A stretch of 63,657 nt of DNA, filler included, from Octopus bimaculoides (GCF_001194135.2; 7 parts of 7 records of this genome joined end to end with filler, not necessarily neighbours in it); one strand, 5' to 3'; shown: positions 41,537-54,400, numbered from the whole stretch's first letter. The notes: generated from the sequence alone by a model not told the origin. Made by a program: numbers and translations.

Positions 41537-44500
41537 ATACCATCAGCAACAACGTCAATACCATCGGCAACAACATCAATACCATCAGCAACAGCGTCAG
41601 TACCATCGGCAACAACATCAATACCATCGGCAACAACATCATTCCCAACAGCAACAACATCAATACCATCAGCAACAACATCAATACCATCAGCAACAAC
41701 GTCAATACCATCAGCAACAACATCAATACCATCGGCAACAACGTCAATACCATCAGCAACAACATCAATACCATCAGCAACAACGTCAATACCATCGGCA
41801 ACAACATCAATACCATCAGCAACAACGTCAGTACCATCGGCAGCAACATCAATACCATCGGCAACAACATCAATACCATCAGCAGCAACGTCAATACCAT
41901 CCGCCACACCGTCAATACCATCAGCAACAACATCAATACCATCAGCAACAACATCAATACCATCAGCAACAACATCAATACCATCAGCAACAACGTCAGT
42001 ACCATCGGCAACAACATCAATACCACCGGCAACAACATCATTCCCAACAGCAACAACATCAATACCATCAGCAACAACATCAATACCATCAGCAACAACG
42101 TCAATACCATCGGCAACAACATCAATACCATCGGCAACAACGTCAATATCATCGGCAACAACATCAATACCATCAGCAACAACGTCAATACCATCGGCAA
42201 CAACATCAATACCATCGGCAACAACATCATTCCCAACAGCAACAACATCAATACCATCAACAACAACGTCAATACCATCAGCAACTACATCAATACCATC
42301 AGCAACTACATCAATACCATCAGCAACTACATCAATACCATCAGCAACTACATCAATACCATCAGCAACTACATCAATACCATCTGCAACAACGTCAATG
42401 CCATCACCAACAACATCAATACCATCCGCAACAACATCAGTACCATCGGCAACAACATCAATACCATCAGCAACAACGTCAATACCATCCACCATGGCAT
42501 CAGTACCATCCGTCACAACTTCACTACCTTCTGCTGCATCAACATCACCATCAACAACAATTTTGTTAGCATCCACAATGACATCTATACCATCTACAAT
42601 TTCTGCAACATCATTAGCAACTACATCAATACTATTCGCAAGGACATCAGTTACATCTGTAAAGTCATCTTCACCATCAATACCATTTGCAACGACAGCA
42701 ATACCATCAGCAACAACATTAATACCATCTGCAACGACACCGATAACATCTACAATGACATCAATACCATCCACAACAACATCAATACCAACAGTATCTC
42801 TGTCCAAACCATCAGCTACAACATCAACACCGTCTGCACCAACACCCCTGTCGTTAGCAACAACAACAATACCATCAGCCACAGCATCAGTACCAACATC
42901 AATAGCAACCAGTACCTATGTGCAAGCAGTGACAACAGCGCCTCCACAGCCCATACCTACTGCCACAAGTCCCAAAGCAACAACAATGAAGCCATTTCAA
43001 GCCAGCACTACGTCAATACCTGCAAAAAAAACGTTAATTTTATCGACCACATCAATTGGGACATCTTCAACATCCTTAGTAAAAACAACACCACCAATCG
43101 CAACTGAAACAACAACATCTGTACCAAAACCACAATTAACATCGAAAAGCACAAGCACTCCAACAAGAACATCAATATCTACATCAACTACGCTGTTACC
43201 AATAACTACTTCAATGCCAGCAACTGCGACATTAATATCAGCAGCACCATCATTATTACCTATTACAACAACAGCCGCATTGTCGGGCAAAAAAACTTTA
43301 ATACCAACAACAACAACATCGACACCAACCACTACATCACTGCAATCATCAATAACTGCAACATCGACTGCAATATCAGCCACAAGTGCAATACCTACGG
43401 TAGCACAATCATATCAATCAACAGCATCATCACTACCTTCCACATCGTTCATCCCAACCACATCCATGCATGCTTTAACTTCAATACCAGCAAGGGATGT
43501 TACAATAACGACTGCAGTGCCATCGATACCTACAGCAACAAGAACACCAATAAGAACAACATCAACAACAACCTCACCAACATCCATACCGGCTTCAACT
43601 GCGAGAATGGAGCGTCCATCTTCAAAAGGAGGCACACCAGCAACTCGCATTGGCATCACGTCTTGTAAGGAAAAGCCAGGAGGAAAGAAACAATATACAC
43701 CAACTTCGATATCGGCAACAAGATCAATGCCAACACCTGCCACAACATCAATGCCAACAACAGTGAAAATCATATCAATACCAGCAACAACATCACAGCA
43801 AACAATGACATCAATCCCAATGATAATCCGATCAATACTAACAACAACATCAACACCAACAACAACATCACTAATACAAACAACAACACAATCAACATCA
43901 TCACTGCCAACAACAACATCAACACCCACAACAACATCAACACCCACAACATCAATACCCACAACATCTAAACCCACAACATCTATACCCACAACATCAA
44001 CACCCACAAAAACATCAACACCCACAACAACATCAATACCCACAACAACATCAATCCCCACAACAACATCAATCCCCACAATAACATCAATACCCAAAAC
44101 AACATCAACACCCACAACAACATCAACACCCACAACAACATCAATACCCACAACAACATCAATACCCACAACAACATCAATACACACAACAACATCAATA
44201 CCCACAACATCTATACCAACAACAACATCAATACCCACAGCAACAGCAACACCCACAACAACATCAACACCCACAACAACATCAATACCCACAACAACAT
44301 CAATACCCACAACAACATCAATACCCACAACAACATCAACACCCACAACAACATCAATACCNNNNNNNNNNNNNNNNNNNNNNNNNNNNNNNNNNNNNNN
44401 NNNNNNNNNNNNNNNNNNNNNNNNNNNNNNNNNNNNNNNNNNNNNNNNNNNNNNNNNNNNNNNNNNNNNNNNNNNNNNNNNNNNNNNNNNNNNNNNNNNN

Positions 44501-47500
44501 NNNNNNNNNNNNNNNNNNNNNNNNNNNNNNNNNNNNNNNNNNNNNNNNNNNNNNNNNNNNNNNNNNNNNNNNNNNNNNNNNNNNNNNNNNNNNNNNNNNN
44601 NNNNNNNNNNNNNNNNNNNNNNNNNNNNNNNNNNNNNNNNNNNNNNNNNNNNNNNNNNNNNNNNNNNNNNNNNNNNNNNNNNNNNNNNNNNNNNNNNNNN
44701 NNNNNNNNNNNNNNNNNNNNNNNNNNNNNNNNNNNNNNNNNNNNNNNNNNNNNNNNNNNNNNNNNNNNNNNNNNNNNNNNNNNNNNNNNNNNNNNNNNNN
44801 NNNNNNNNNNNCAACAACATCGATACCCACAACATCATCAATACCCACAACAACATCAATACACACAACAACATCAATACCCACAACATCTATACCAACA
44901 ACACCATCAATACCCACAACAACATCAATACCCACAACAACATCAACAACCACAACAACATCAATACCCACAACAACATCAATACCCACAACAAGAGCAA
45001 CACCCACAACAACATCAATACCCACAATAACATCAATACCCACAGCAACAGCAACACCCACAACAACATCAATACCCACAACAACATCAATACCCACAAC
45101 AACATCAACACCCACAACAACATCAATACCCACAACAACATATATACCCACAACAACATATATACCCACAACAACATCAACGCCCACAACAACATCAATA
45201 CCCACAACATCTATACCCACAACAACATCAACAACCACAACAACATCAATACCCACAACAACATCAATACCCACAACAACATCAATACCCACAACAACAT
45301 CTATACCAACAACAACATCAATATCCACAACAACATCAATACCCACAGNNNNNNNNNNNNNNNNNNNNNNNTATACCCACAACAACATCAACACCCACAA
45401 CAACATTAATACCCACAACAACATCAATACCCACAACATCAACACCCACAACAACATCAATACCAACAACAACATCAATACCAACAACAACATCTATACC
45501 AACAACAACATCAATATCCACAACAACATCAATACCCACAACAACATCAACAACCACAACAACATCAATACCCACAACAACATCAATACCCACAACAACA
45601 TCAATACCCACAACAACATCTATACCAACAACAACATCAATATCCACAACAACATCAATACCCACAGCAACATCAATACCTACAACAACATCAATACCCA
45701 CAACAACAAAAATACCCACAACAACATCAATACCCACAACAACATCAATACCCACAACAACATCAATACCCACAACAACATCAATACCCACAGCAACAAC
45801 AATACCCACAACAACATCAATACACACAACAACATCAACACCAACAACATCCATTCCCACAACAACATCCATTCCCACAACAACATCAATACCCACAACA
45901 ACATCAATACCCACAACAACATCAACACTCACAACATCAATACCAACAACAACACCCACAACAACATCAATCCCCACAACAACATCAATACCCACAACAA
46001 CATCTATACCCACAACAACATCAATACCCAAAACATCAATACCCACAACATCAACACCCACAACATCAGTACCCAAAACATCAACACCCACAACAACATC
46101 AATACCCACAACAACATCTATACCCACAACAACATCTATACCCACAACAACATCAATACCCACAACAACATCTATGCCCACAACAACATCAATACCCACA
46201 ACAACATCAATACCCACAACAACATCAACACCCACAACAACATCGNNNNNNNNNNNNNNNNNNNNNNNNNNNNNNNNNNNNNNNNNNNNNNNNNNNNNNN
46301 NNNNNNNNNNNNNNNNNNNNNACAACACCCACAACAACATCAATCCCCACAACAACATCAATACCCACAACAACATCTATACCCACAACAACATCAATAC
46401 CCAAAACATCAATACCCACAACATCAACACCCACAACATCAGTACCCAAAACATCAACACCCACAACAACATCAATACCCACAACAACATCTATACCCAC
46501 AACAACATCTATACCCACAACAACATCAATACCCACAACAACATCTATGCCCACAACAACATCTATACCCACAACAACATCAATACCCACAACAACATCA
46601 ATACCCACAACAACATCAACACCCACAACAACATCGATTCCCACAACAACATTAATACCCACAACAACATCAACACCCACAACATCAGTACCCAAAACAT
46701 CAACACCCACAACAACATCAATACCCACAACAACATCAATACCCACAACAACATCAATACCCACAACAACATCTATACCCACAACAACATCAGTACCCAC
46801 AACAACATCAACACCCACAACAACATCATTACCAACAACAACATCAATACCCACAACAACATCAATACCAACAACAACATCAATACCAACAACAACATCA
46901 ATACCCACAACATCTATAACCACAACAACATCAATACCAAAAACATCAATACCCACAACAGCATCAATACCCACAACAACATCTATACCCACAACATCAA
47001 TACCCACAACAACATCTATACCCACAACAACATCAATACCAACAACATCAATACCCACAACAACATCAACACCCACAACAACCTCAATACCCACGACAAC
47101 ATCAACACTCACAACAACATCTATACCCACAACAACATCAATACCCACAACAACATCAATACCCACAACATCAATACCCACAACAACATCAATACCAACA
47201 ACAACATCTATACCCATAACAACATCAATACCAACAACAACATCAATACCCACAACAACATCAATACCCACAACGACATCAATACCCACAACAACATCAA
47301 CACCCACAACAACCTCAATACTCACGACAACATCAACACCCACAACAACATCAATGCCCACAACAACAACACCCACAAAAACATCAACACCCACAACATC
47401 AATACCCACAACAACATCTATACCCACAGCAACATCAATACCAACAACATCAATACCCACAACAACATCAACACCCACAACAACCTCAATACCCACCACA

Positions 47501-47543
47501 ACATCAATACTCACAACAACATCTATACCCACAACAACATCTA
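41537..47543 (+). CDS. Mucin-type Thr/Ser/Pro/Ile-rich (PTS) region, partial (both ends in gaps)
   Basis: One + frame is open from 41537 to the gap at 44362 (~940 codons), including ~1.4 kb of non-tandem sequence, whereas the mirror - frame is interrupted by stops. 21-bp (TTSIPSA) then 18/15-bp (TTTSIP/TTSIP) units with indels only in multiples of 3. The same T-rich reading continues in contigs 44812-45347, 45372-46245 and 46322-47543. Confidence 0.7.
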
Positions 47544-47671
47544 NNNNNNNNNNNNNNNNNNNNNNNNNNNNNNNNNNNNNNNNNNNNTTAATTAATTAAN
47601 NNNNNNNNNNNNNNNNNNNNNNNNNNNNNNNNNNNNNNNNNNNGTTAATAATTGTTTATTATTAACAGCAA

Positions 47672-48677
47672 ATTAATCATCATCCTTTACAGCCGTTTCA
47701 ATCAATACTCAGTAAATATTAAGCAAATATTAAATTTATATGGCTTGAGCATAATATCTTGAAAGGGAAAAATATACCCTTGGATGTTTTATATGTGTTT
47801 GTATATATATTCAGCTGACTGAATATATATATATATATATTTCTAATGTATATATATGTGTACAATATATATCTATGTGTGCGAATACACTTGATTAATA
47901 TGAGTTGTAGTATGCACACATTGTCACATGTGGAGTGTGCGTACTTTGAAAAAATTCATTGTAACATATGCATACGGTTATGCATTGAGACAGGCGTCTC
48001 ACCACTTCACTCTCTAAATATATTTGGAGTCTAAAAGATGATTGTTTTAACAATCATAACAGCTTTGAGTCCATTATAGAACCCGTGTTTTCTTCAACTA
48101 ATTGCAGCAGAAGCTATGATTTCTGTCACTCAGATAACAGAATATTGCCACATTTTGTAATTTTAACAAAAGAAAAAAAAAGAAAGAAACAGAAAAGGTT
48201 AGTAATAGTGAATTCGTGTGGACACTTTCGTCAATATTTCATTGAGCATTTTCCAACTACCGTTGACATAAAATAGTTTATTTTCTACAAAATGGATTTG
48301 CCATACGATGAAAAATGATGAATAGAAAGGAAACACCAATTCCTTCGTCAACAATACTTCATTAATAATATCCCTTTTCATTGCTTAATTGCGTTTTATA
48401 CATTTATTGCATATGATATTGAAGATATGAGGTTTTGCACGTGTATAGGGGAATGTATCACATATTTTGTGCACGACAATTAAATAAAAATAAAACAATT
48501 TTATGATAACCAGTTAAATCGACAACTAATCATAATTACAGCTGTTTCAATTAATACTCAGTAAATATTAAGTAAATATTAAATTTATATGGCCTGAGCA
48601 TAATATCTTGAAATGGAAAAAAATATACCTTTGGACGTTTTATATGTTTTTATGGAGTCATTATAGCAGACTGAATA
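47672..48677. repeat. Pair of ~155-bp direct repeats, period 849 bp
   Basis: 47672-47826 and 48526-48677 share TTACAGC(C/T)GTTTCAAT(C/T)AATACTCAGTAAATATTAAG...GAGCATAATATCTTGAAA...GACTGAATAT. Confidence 0.85.
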
Positions 48678-49187
48678 TGTACGTATGTATATATATATAT
48701 ATGTGTGTGTATATGTGTGTATAATCATAATATAATTCAGTTCTATATTTATGAGATGAGGAATTATGTACATTATTTTACATTATTTACATTTGAATAT
48801 ATATGTATATGTAAATATATTTATATATTGTGTATGTTCCGAAAGTATCCTAATGCAATCCTTATTGTCCTCTGAAATACCTGACTAATTTCCTTATAAG
48901 GTATTTAAAATATAGAAGTATATTTTTATATATGTTTTGTAATTTTAATGTTATTTTAGAAATGAAGCAATTGTTGGTTAATATGTTGATTAATATGTTG
49001 ATTAATTAATTAATTAATTAATTTGTATCCATTAGAACTCTCCGTTTTCTAACTCAATAAAAATGTCTGATATCTTACGATATTCTATATTATCCATTCA
49101 TTGAAGGGTTATCTCTTCAAAATTTAATATATTAAATCAGTGTATCTTGGATAAATATCTCTATAAGAGTTTTGAATATCCTCATTA

Positions 49188-49570
49188 GCGCAGTCTGTGT
49201 AGTAAGAAGTTTGCTTCCCGACCAAGTGTCTCCGGGTTTAGTCCTACTGCGTGGCACCTTGGGAAAGTGTCTTCCACTGCAGCTCGAGCCAATCAAAAGC
49301 TTGTGAGTGGAATTTGGTAGACGGAAACTGTATATGAATACCTGCGTGTGTGTCTTTTCGTCTGCATTTGTACTCCACCGCCACTTGACAACCGGTGCTG
49401 GTGTGTTTACGTATCCGTAACTTATCGGTTCGGCAAAAACATTTGATAGAACAGGTACCAAACTTTAAAAAGAAGTACTAGTTTCGTTTTCTTCGACTAA
49501 AATTCTTGAAGACGGTGCTCCAGCATGGCCACAACTTTGAGCTGAAACTAAAAAAAAAATGTAAAAGATA
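49188..49570 (+). mobile_element. Full-length degenerate SINE family A
   Basis: Similar to 30099-30490. Confidence 0.85.
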
Positions 49571-49586
49571 AAACAGGTAATAGATA

Positions 49587-49622
<36 letters not shown>

Positions 49623-50738
49623 ACACGCACACACGCGCGCGGGAAGACATATATGGTGAATATGAAATAATAACTGCGAGACCAGACGATAATTCTTTCT
49701 CAGAATGGTGAAACTGGAAGCAAACAAAGCTATAAATAATTACTTGTGAATATTGGGTTAAAATCTCTTTGGATAGAAAAAAATTCGAACCCGCACGTGN
49801 NNNNNNNNNNNNNNNNNNNNNNNNNNNNNNNNNNNNNNNNNNNNNNNNNNNNNNNNNNNNNNNNNNNNNNNNNNNNNNNNNNNNNNNNNNNNNNNNNNNN
49901 NNNNNNNNNNNNNNNNNNNNNNNNNNNNNNNNNNNNNNNNNNNNNNNNNNNNNNNNNNNNNNNNNNNNNNNNNNNNNNNNNNNNNNNNNNNNNNNNNNNN
50001 NNNNNNNNNNNNNNNNNNNNNNNNNNNNNNNNNNNNNNNNNNNNNNNNNNNNNNNNNNNNNNNNNNNNNNNNNNNNNNNNNNNNNNNNNNNNNNNNNNNN
50101 NNNNNNNNNNNNNNNNNNNNNNNNNNNNNNNNNNNNNNNNNNNNNNNNNNNNNNNNNNNNNNNNNNNNNNNNNNNNNNNNNNNNNNNNNNNNNNNNNNNN
50201 NNNNNNNNNNNNNNNNNNNNNNNNNNNNNNNNNNNNNNNNNNNNNNNNNNNNNNNNNNNNNNNNNNNNNNNNNNNNNNNNNNNNNNNNNNNNNNNNNNNN
50301 NNNNNNNNNNNNNNNNNNNNNNNNNNNNNNNNNNNNNNNNNNNNNNNNNNNNNNNNNNNNNNNNNNNNNNNNNNNNNNNNNNNNNNNNNNNNNNNNNNNN
50401 NNNNNNNNNNNNNNNNNNNNNNNNNNNNNNNNNNNNNNNNNNNNNNNNNNNNNNNNNNNNNNNNNNNNNNNNNNNNNNNNNNNNNNNNNNNNNNNNNNNN
50501 NNNNNNNNNNNNNNNNNNNNNNNNNNNNNNNNNNNNNNNNNNNNNNNNNNNNNNNNNNNNNNNNNNNNNNNNNNNNNNNNNNNNNNNNNNNNNNNNNNNN
50601 NNNNNNNNNNNNNNNNNNNNNNNNNNNNNNNNNNNNNNNNNNNNNNNNNNNNNNNNNNNNNNNNNNNNNNNNNNNNNNNNNNNNNNNNNNNNNNNNNNNN
50701 NNNNNNNNNNNNNNNNNNNNNNNNNNNNNNNNNNNNNN

Positions 50739-50900
50739 CGACGCTGGTGTGTTTATGTCCCTGTCAATTAGCGGATCGGCAAAAGAGGCCGATAGAATAA
50801 GTACTAGGCTTACAAAGAATAAGTTCCGGGGTTGATTTGCTCGACTAAAGGCGGTGCTCCAGCATGGCCGCAGTCAAGTGACTGAAACAAGTAAAAAAAA
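50739..50900 (+). mobile_element. SINE family A 3' half
   Basis: Near-identical to 30320-30480. Confidence 0.85.
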
Positions 50901-51087
50901 AAAATTATTTAGACGTCAACAACATACAACTTTCGTTGGTAACGATCCAGAAGAGCAGTGCTCAATACAAACATTGGCTGAATTTGTTTATTTAAGCGAG
51001 ACCCACAGTCTGTTATTCTAGAGTTTCCACAGCAAGTCTCTTCTTACCGGGGTAAGTCAGATTTGGCTTGTTTTTATTCTAGACACA

Positions 51088-51148
51088 GATCCACTGATGC
51101 AGCCTGAACCATTCTGAAGAAATAGCTGCAGGAAATAGCTGTAGAATC
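51088..51148 (+). ncRNA. Eroded hammerhead-like motif (A9C, internal duplication)
   Basis: GATCCA-CTGATGC-AGCCTGAACCATTCTGAA-GAAAT-AGCT-GCAG/GAAAT-AGCT-GTA-GAATC. Confidence 0.4.
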
Positions 51149-51243
51149 TCCAGAGTGATAAGACACAGGATCGGCTTAAAGAAACCACAAATACATATTT
51201 GTGTTATATGTGTGTGTATGCGTAGGTTTTGTGTTTATCCATA

Positions 51244-51322
<79 letters not shown>

Positions 51323-52047
51323 ATTATGTATATATACACAAACATACGTTCGTACAATACACAAATACACACACACACACACAGACACACACACAAACAC
51401 ATACACATATGAGTATATGTGTAGAAATATATACACATACACACATAAACACATCAGAGTATAATAATGAAACAATTATTAAGGGTTGGGAAGGAGGTAT
51501 TAGATAAACCAAATATAAAAGAAGTAACCTAACCCCCTTAACTCCGTAACCCCCTGAACCGCCAAACCCACCATCGCCTCTTCCTTCATCACTTCAACAC
51601 CTCACCCAAACTAGAGATATGAAGGGGTGGGTGGTAGTCTGTTTGTTTATTAGGATGACGTATGACTTAGCAACCAGTGTTAGAGCAAGGACAGCACTCC
51701 ATCATATCTGCCACAACTTTCAATAGTTCAATTGAACAATTAAACAATAACTATAGAACTAGTGTTTTCAGTCTTGTTGTTGTTGTTGCTGTTGTTGTTA
51801 TTATTGTTGTTGTTGTTATTGTTTAGTTGCCGGCTAGACATGATCCAGCAGACCTTATGAATAAATGTATTTCATCTGTGACCATCACGTTGTTTTACTT
51901 TTCCTATGTGCAAGGAGTACAGGGCTGTATTATCCGATATCTTTTGTTTTTGTTTTAGTAAAGCGCCGAATGTAATTCGAGAGATTTCCCTGTTAATTCT
52001 AGTTGCCTCTAACAATACAGTTACCCGTATTACTATCAGAACTAAGT

Positions 52048-52240
52048 TGGCGATCTGCCAGAATCGTTAGCACACCGGAAAAAAACAAAACAAACGCTTA
52101 GCAGCATTTCGTGCGTCTCTACGTTCGGAGGTCAAATTCTACCGAGGTTGACTTTGTCTTTCATCCTTTCGAGGTCGATAAGATAAGTACCGATCGAACA
52201 ATCAACTTGCTGGCCTTGTACCAATATTTGAAGCCATTAT
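52048..52240 (+). mobile_element. SINE family B
   Basis: Similar to 28728-28945. Confidence 0.8.
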
Positions 52241-52303
52241 ATTAGATAAACTTGTAAACTGCGGTCGAAATAATCCGATATGAAATACTAAGTCCGAAAA
52301 AAT

Positions 52304-52498
52304 AAACAGAACACCAATTGGAGTTTTACCTTATATTTTGATATTTCGGGGATATGATCTCTTCTTCAGGATATGTGGGAAAATGTCACATTTGAGCAAC
52401 GCCTTACTCCATCCCTTAATTCTCCACATGTCCTGAAGAAGGGCTCATAACCCCGAAATATCGAAATATAAGGTAAAACTTCAGCTGTTGCTCTGTTT
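52304..52498. repeat. Inverted repeat, 77-bp arms (~84% identical), 41-bp spacer; each arm carries CTGAAGA...CCCC-GAAA
   Basis: 52304-52380 is the reverse complement of 52422-52498 with about 12 mismatches. Confidence 0.9.
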
Positions 52499-52654
52499 TC
52501 TTTTATGTTGTTTACTGTGTATTTCTTCTCGCACTGTTCGGCCTTATTATATAAGTCTCTCTAATGCAATATCGCACAATACTTCACCATAACTAATATG
52601 TATTCTGTATTTGAGTATCATAACTAAAAATAACAACACGGCTAACTTAGTTAA

Positions 52655-52880
52655 GGCAGCGAGTTAGCAGAATCATTAACACGTCGGACAAAACGTATAA
52701 CAGCATTTTCCCCGGCTCTTTACACTCTTTACGTTTTTATCGTTCTGCGTTCAAATCCTGCTGAAGTTAACTTTACTTTTCATCCCTACGGGTTCGATGA
52801 AATACAGTATCAATCAAGTACTAGGATCGATATAATCCACGTATTTTCCCCTACTGAAAACTGTTGGCCTTGATCCTAGG
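52655..52880 (+). mobile_element. SINE family B, degenerate
   Basis: Similar to 28728-28945. Confidence 0.75.
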
Positions 52881-53277
52881 AATGAATCGGCATCACTTTC
52901 AGGGGGAAATATTGTGCTATCGATCACTTATTTGCCATGGAAAGCGGGTGATCAGCCTTATAAGCCAAAAACCTCGAGAAAAAGAAAATGACCAGTTAAC
53001 ACAACATCAGCCACTTTTGGTAACAGTTGAACAGCGGAGAACGAGGCCAAAAGCTTGTGCAAACAATTATAACACAGTCCTATGCATCGTGTCGTAAAGC
53101 AGAACTTTAAGAATTAAATATAATACTTGCAGTGTAATACACACTAATACTTCTAACATTAAAGTATAATATTATGCGCAACGTAAGTAAATGAGTAAAT
53201 CCATTTCATGTGAACGGTAAAATAATACTGGAGGCGAGTTAGTTTCTATAATATAAATAAAACAACCAACGCCTATG

Positions 53278-53285
53278 TGACGTCA
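53278..53285. promoter_or_regulatory. Full palindromic CRE (TGACGTCA)
   Basis: GTGACGTCAC at 53277-53286. Function unsupported; could be chance. Confidence 0.2.
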
Positions 53286-53555
53286 CTAGACTGAATACTA
53301 TACCAGCTGGACACATTAGTTGCATATTATTGTAGGTAATTGATAGTGTTTTGACATTATTTGAAATGAATTGCTGAAATTTAAACAACCAAGGCTGTGT
53401 TGTTTAATATAATCAAGAGAGTATCAATCCTGTGGTCATTCAGGTGGCTGTTAAATGACTATTGGGACATTAGACTCTCAGCTCTAAATGTGCTTTTTCC
53501 AACGGCCTTTATTCATTCTTTTTATTTTTCCAGCCATCTTTTCTCTTGAATTTAT

Positions 53556-53591
53556 TTCTCTGATGAAAAGCATGCATTCGAAACGTCAAGG
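53556..53591 (+). ncRNA. Ultra-minimal hammerhead-like motif, intact core
   Basis: TTCT-CTGATGA-AAAGCATGCATTC-GAAAC-GTC-AAGG. Stem III is only the palindrome ACGT; stems I and II eroded. Confidence 0.55.
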
Positions 53592-54159
53592 TTCTTTCCT
53601 CTTATTTTTAGGCATTAAACTTAACATTTGTTAAAATTTTCCTCTCCAGTCTATTCTTTTTGTGCTCATTGCCTAACCCTGACACACTTAACAGCCTTAA
53701 ATACGTTGCATATGTTGCTCTTGGGTCAAATTATATTAAAACATGATAAAAAAACGTGCGACCGTTTTGTGAAAAACATCCACATGTTGAGCCAAGCCAA
53801 ACTCTTGTAAACTATTATGGATTGTTGCCGAGCAGACCTGTGTAGCAAATAACACCACAAACCTACATCTTAAAGGATTTTTTTGTAGAATGGGATTCTT
53901 ATATACCCACGGTCAGCGAAACAGATGCTCTATTACAAAACTGCCACACAAATATTGTACAAATACCACTTAAATATTACTCAGATATCACAAAGTTGTT
54001 ATGCTGATGTTATACGAAACTAATTATCTAATTATCTAAGTCAAGTCATCTGTGCTACACAATGCATTAAATAATTAATGTCATGAACTAAATCCTTATT
54101 AGTTTCTGTTATAAGCAGCTGTTATAACGAGGTTTATTTCGCTTTATTACTCTTTACTC

Positions 54160-54400
54160 TCTCTTTTACCTGTTTCAGTCATTTGACTGCGGCCATGCTG
54201 GAGCACCGCCTTTAGTCGAGCAAATCGACCCCAGGACTTATTCTTTGCAAGCCTAGTACTTATTCTAGCGGTCTCTTTTGCCGAACCGCTAAGTTACGGG
54301 GACGTAAACACACCAGCATCAGTTGTCAAGCGATGTTGGGGGGACAAACACAGATATACAAACACACACACAAACACACACACACACACACACACACACA
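54160..54400 (-). mobile_element. SINE family A 3' half running into (CA)n and a gap
   Basis: Near-identical reverse complement of 30290-30480. Confidence 0.9.

Noticed and set aside
41485-47532. Minus-strand (GIDVVV/GIDVVAD)n and (VLMLLW)n ORFs, and the + strand (NTHNNI)n frame
   Set aside because: Shadow frames of the repeat. The GIDVV frame is broken by stops in the non-repetitive middle, where the + strand Thr-rich frame stays open
43900-47543. CRISPR-like interpretation of the regular short repeats
   Set aside because: Units are contiguous 15/18-mers with no unique spacers, there are no cas genes, and the context is eukaryotic
51525-51575. TAACCC-like degenerate repeats (interstitial telomere or G-quadruplex)
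   Set aside because: Only four or five irregular units; not supportable
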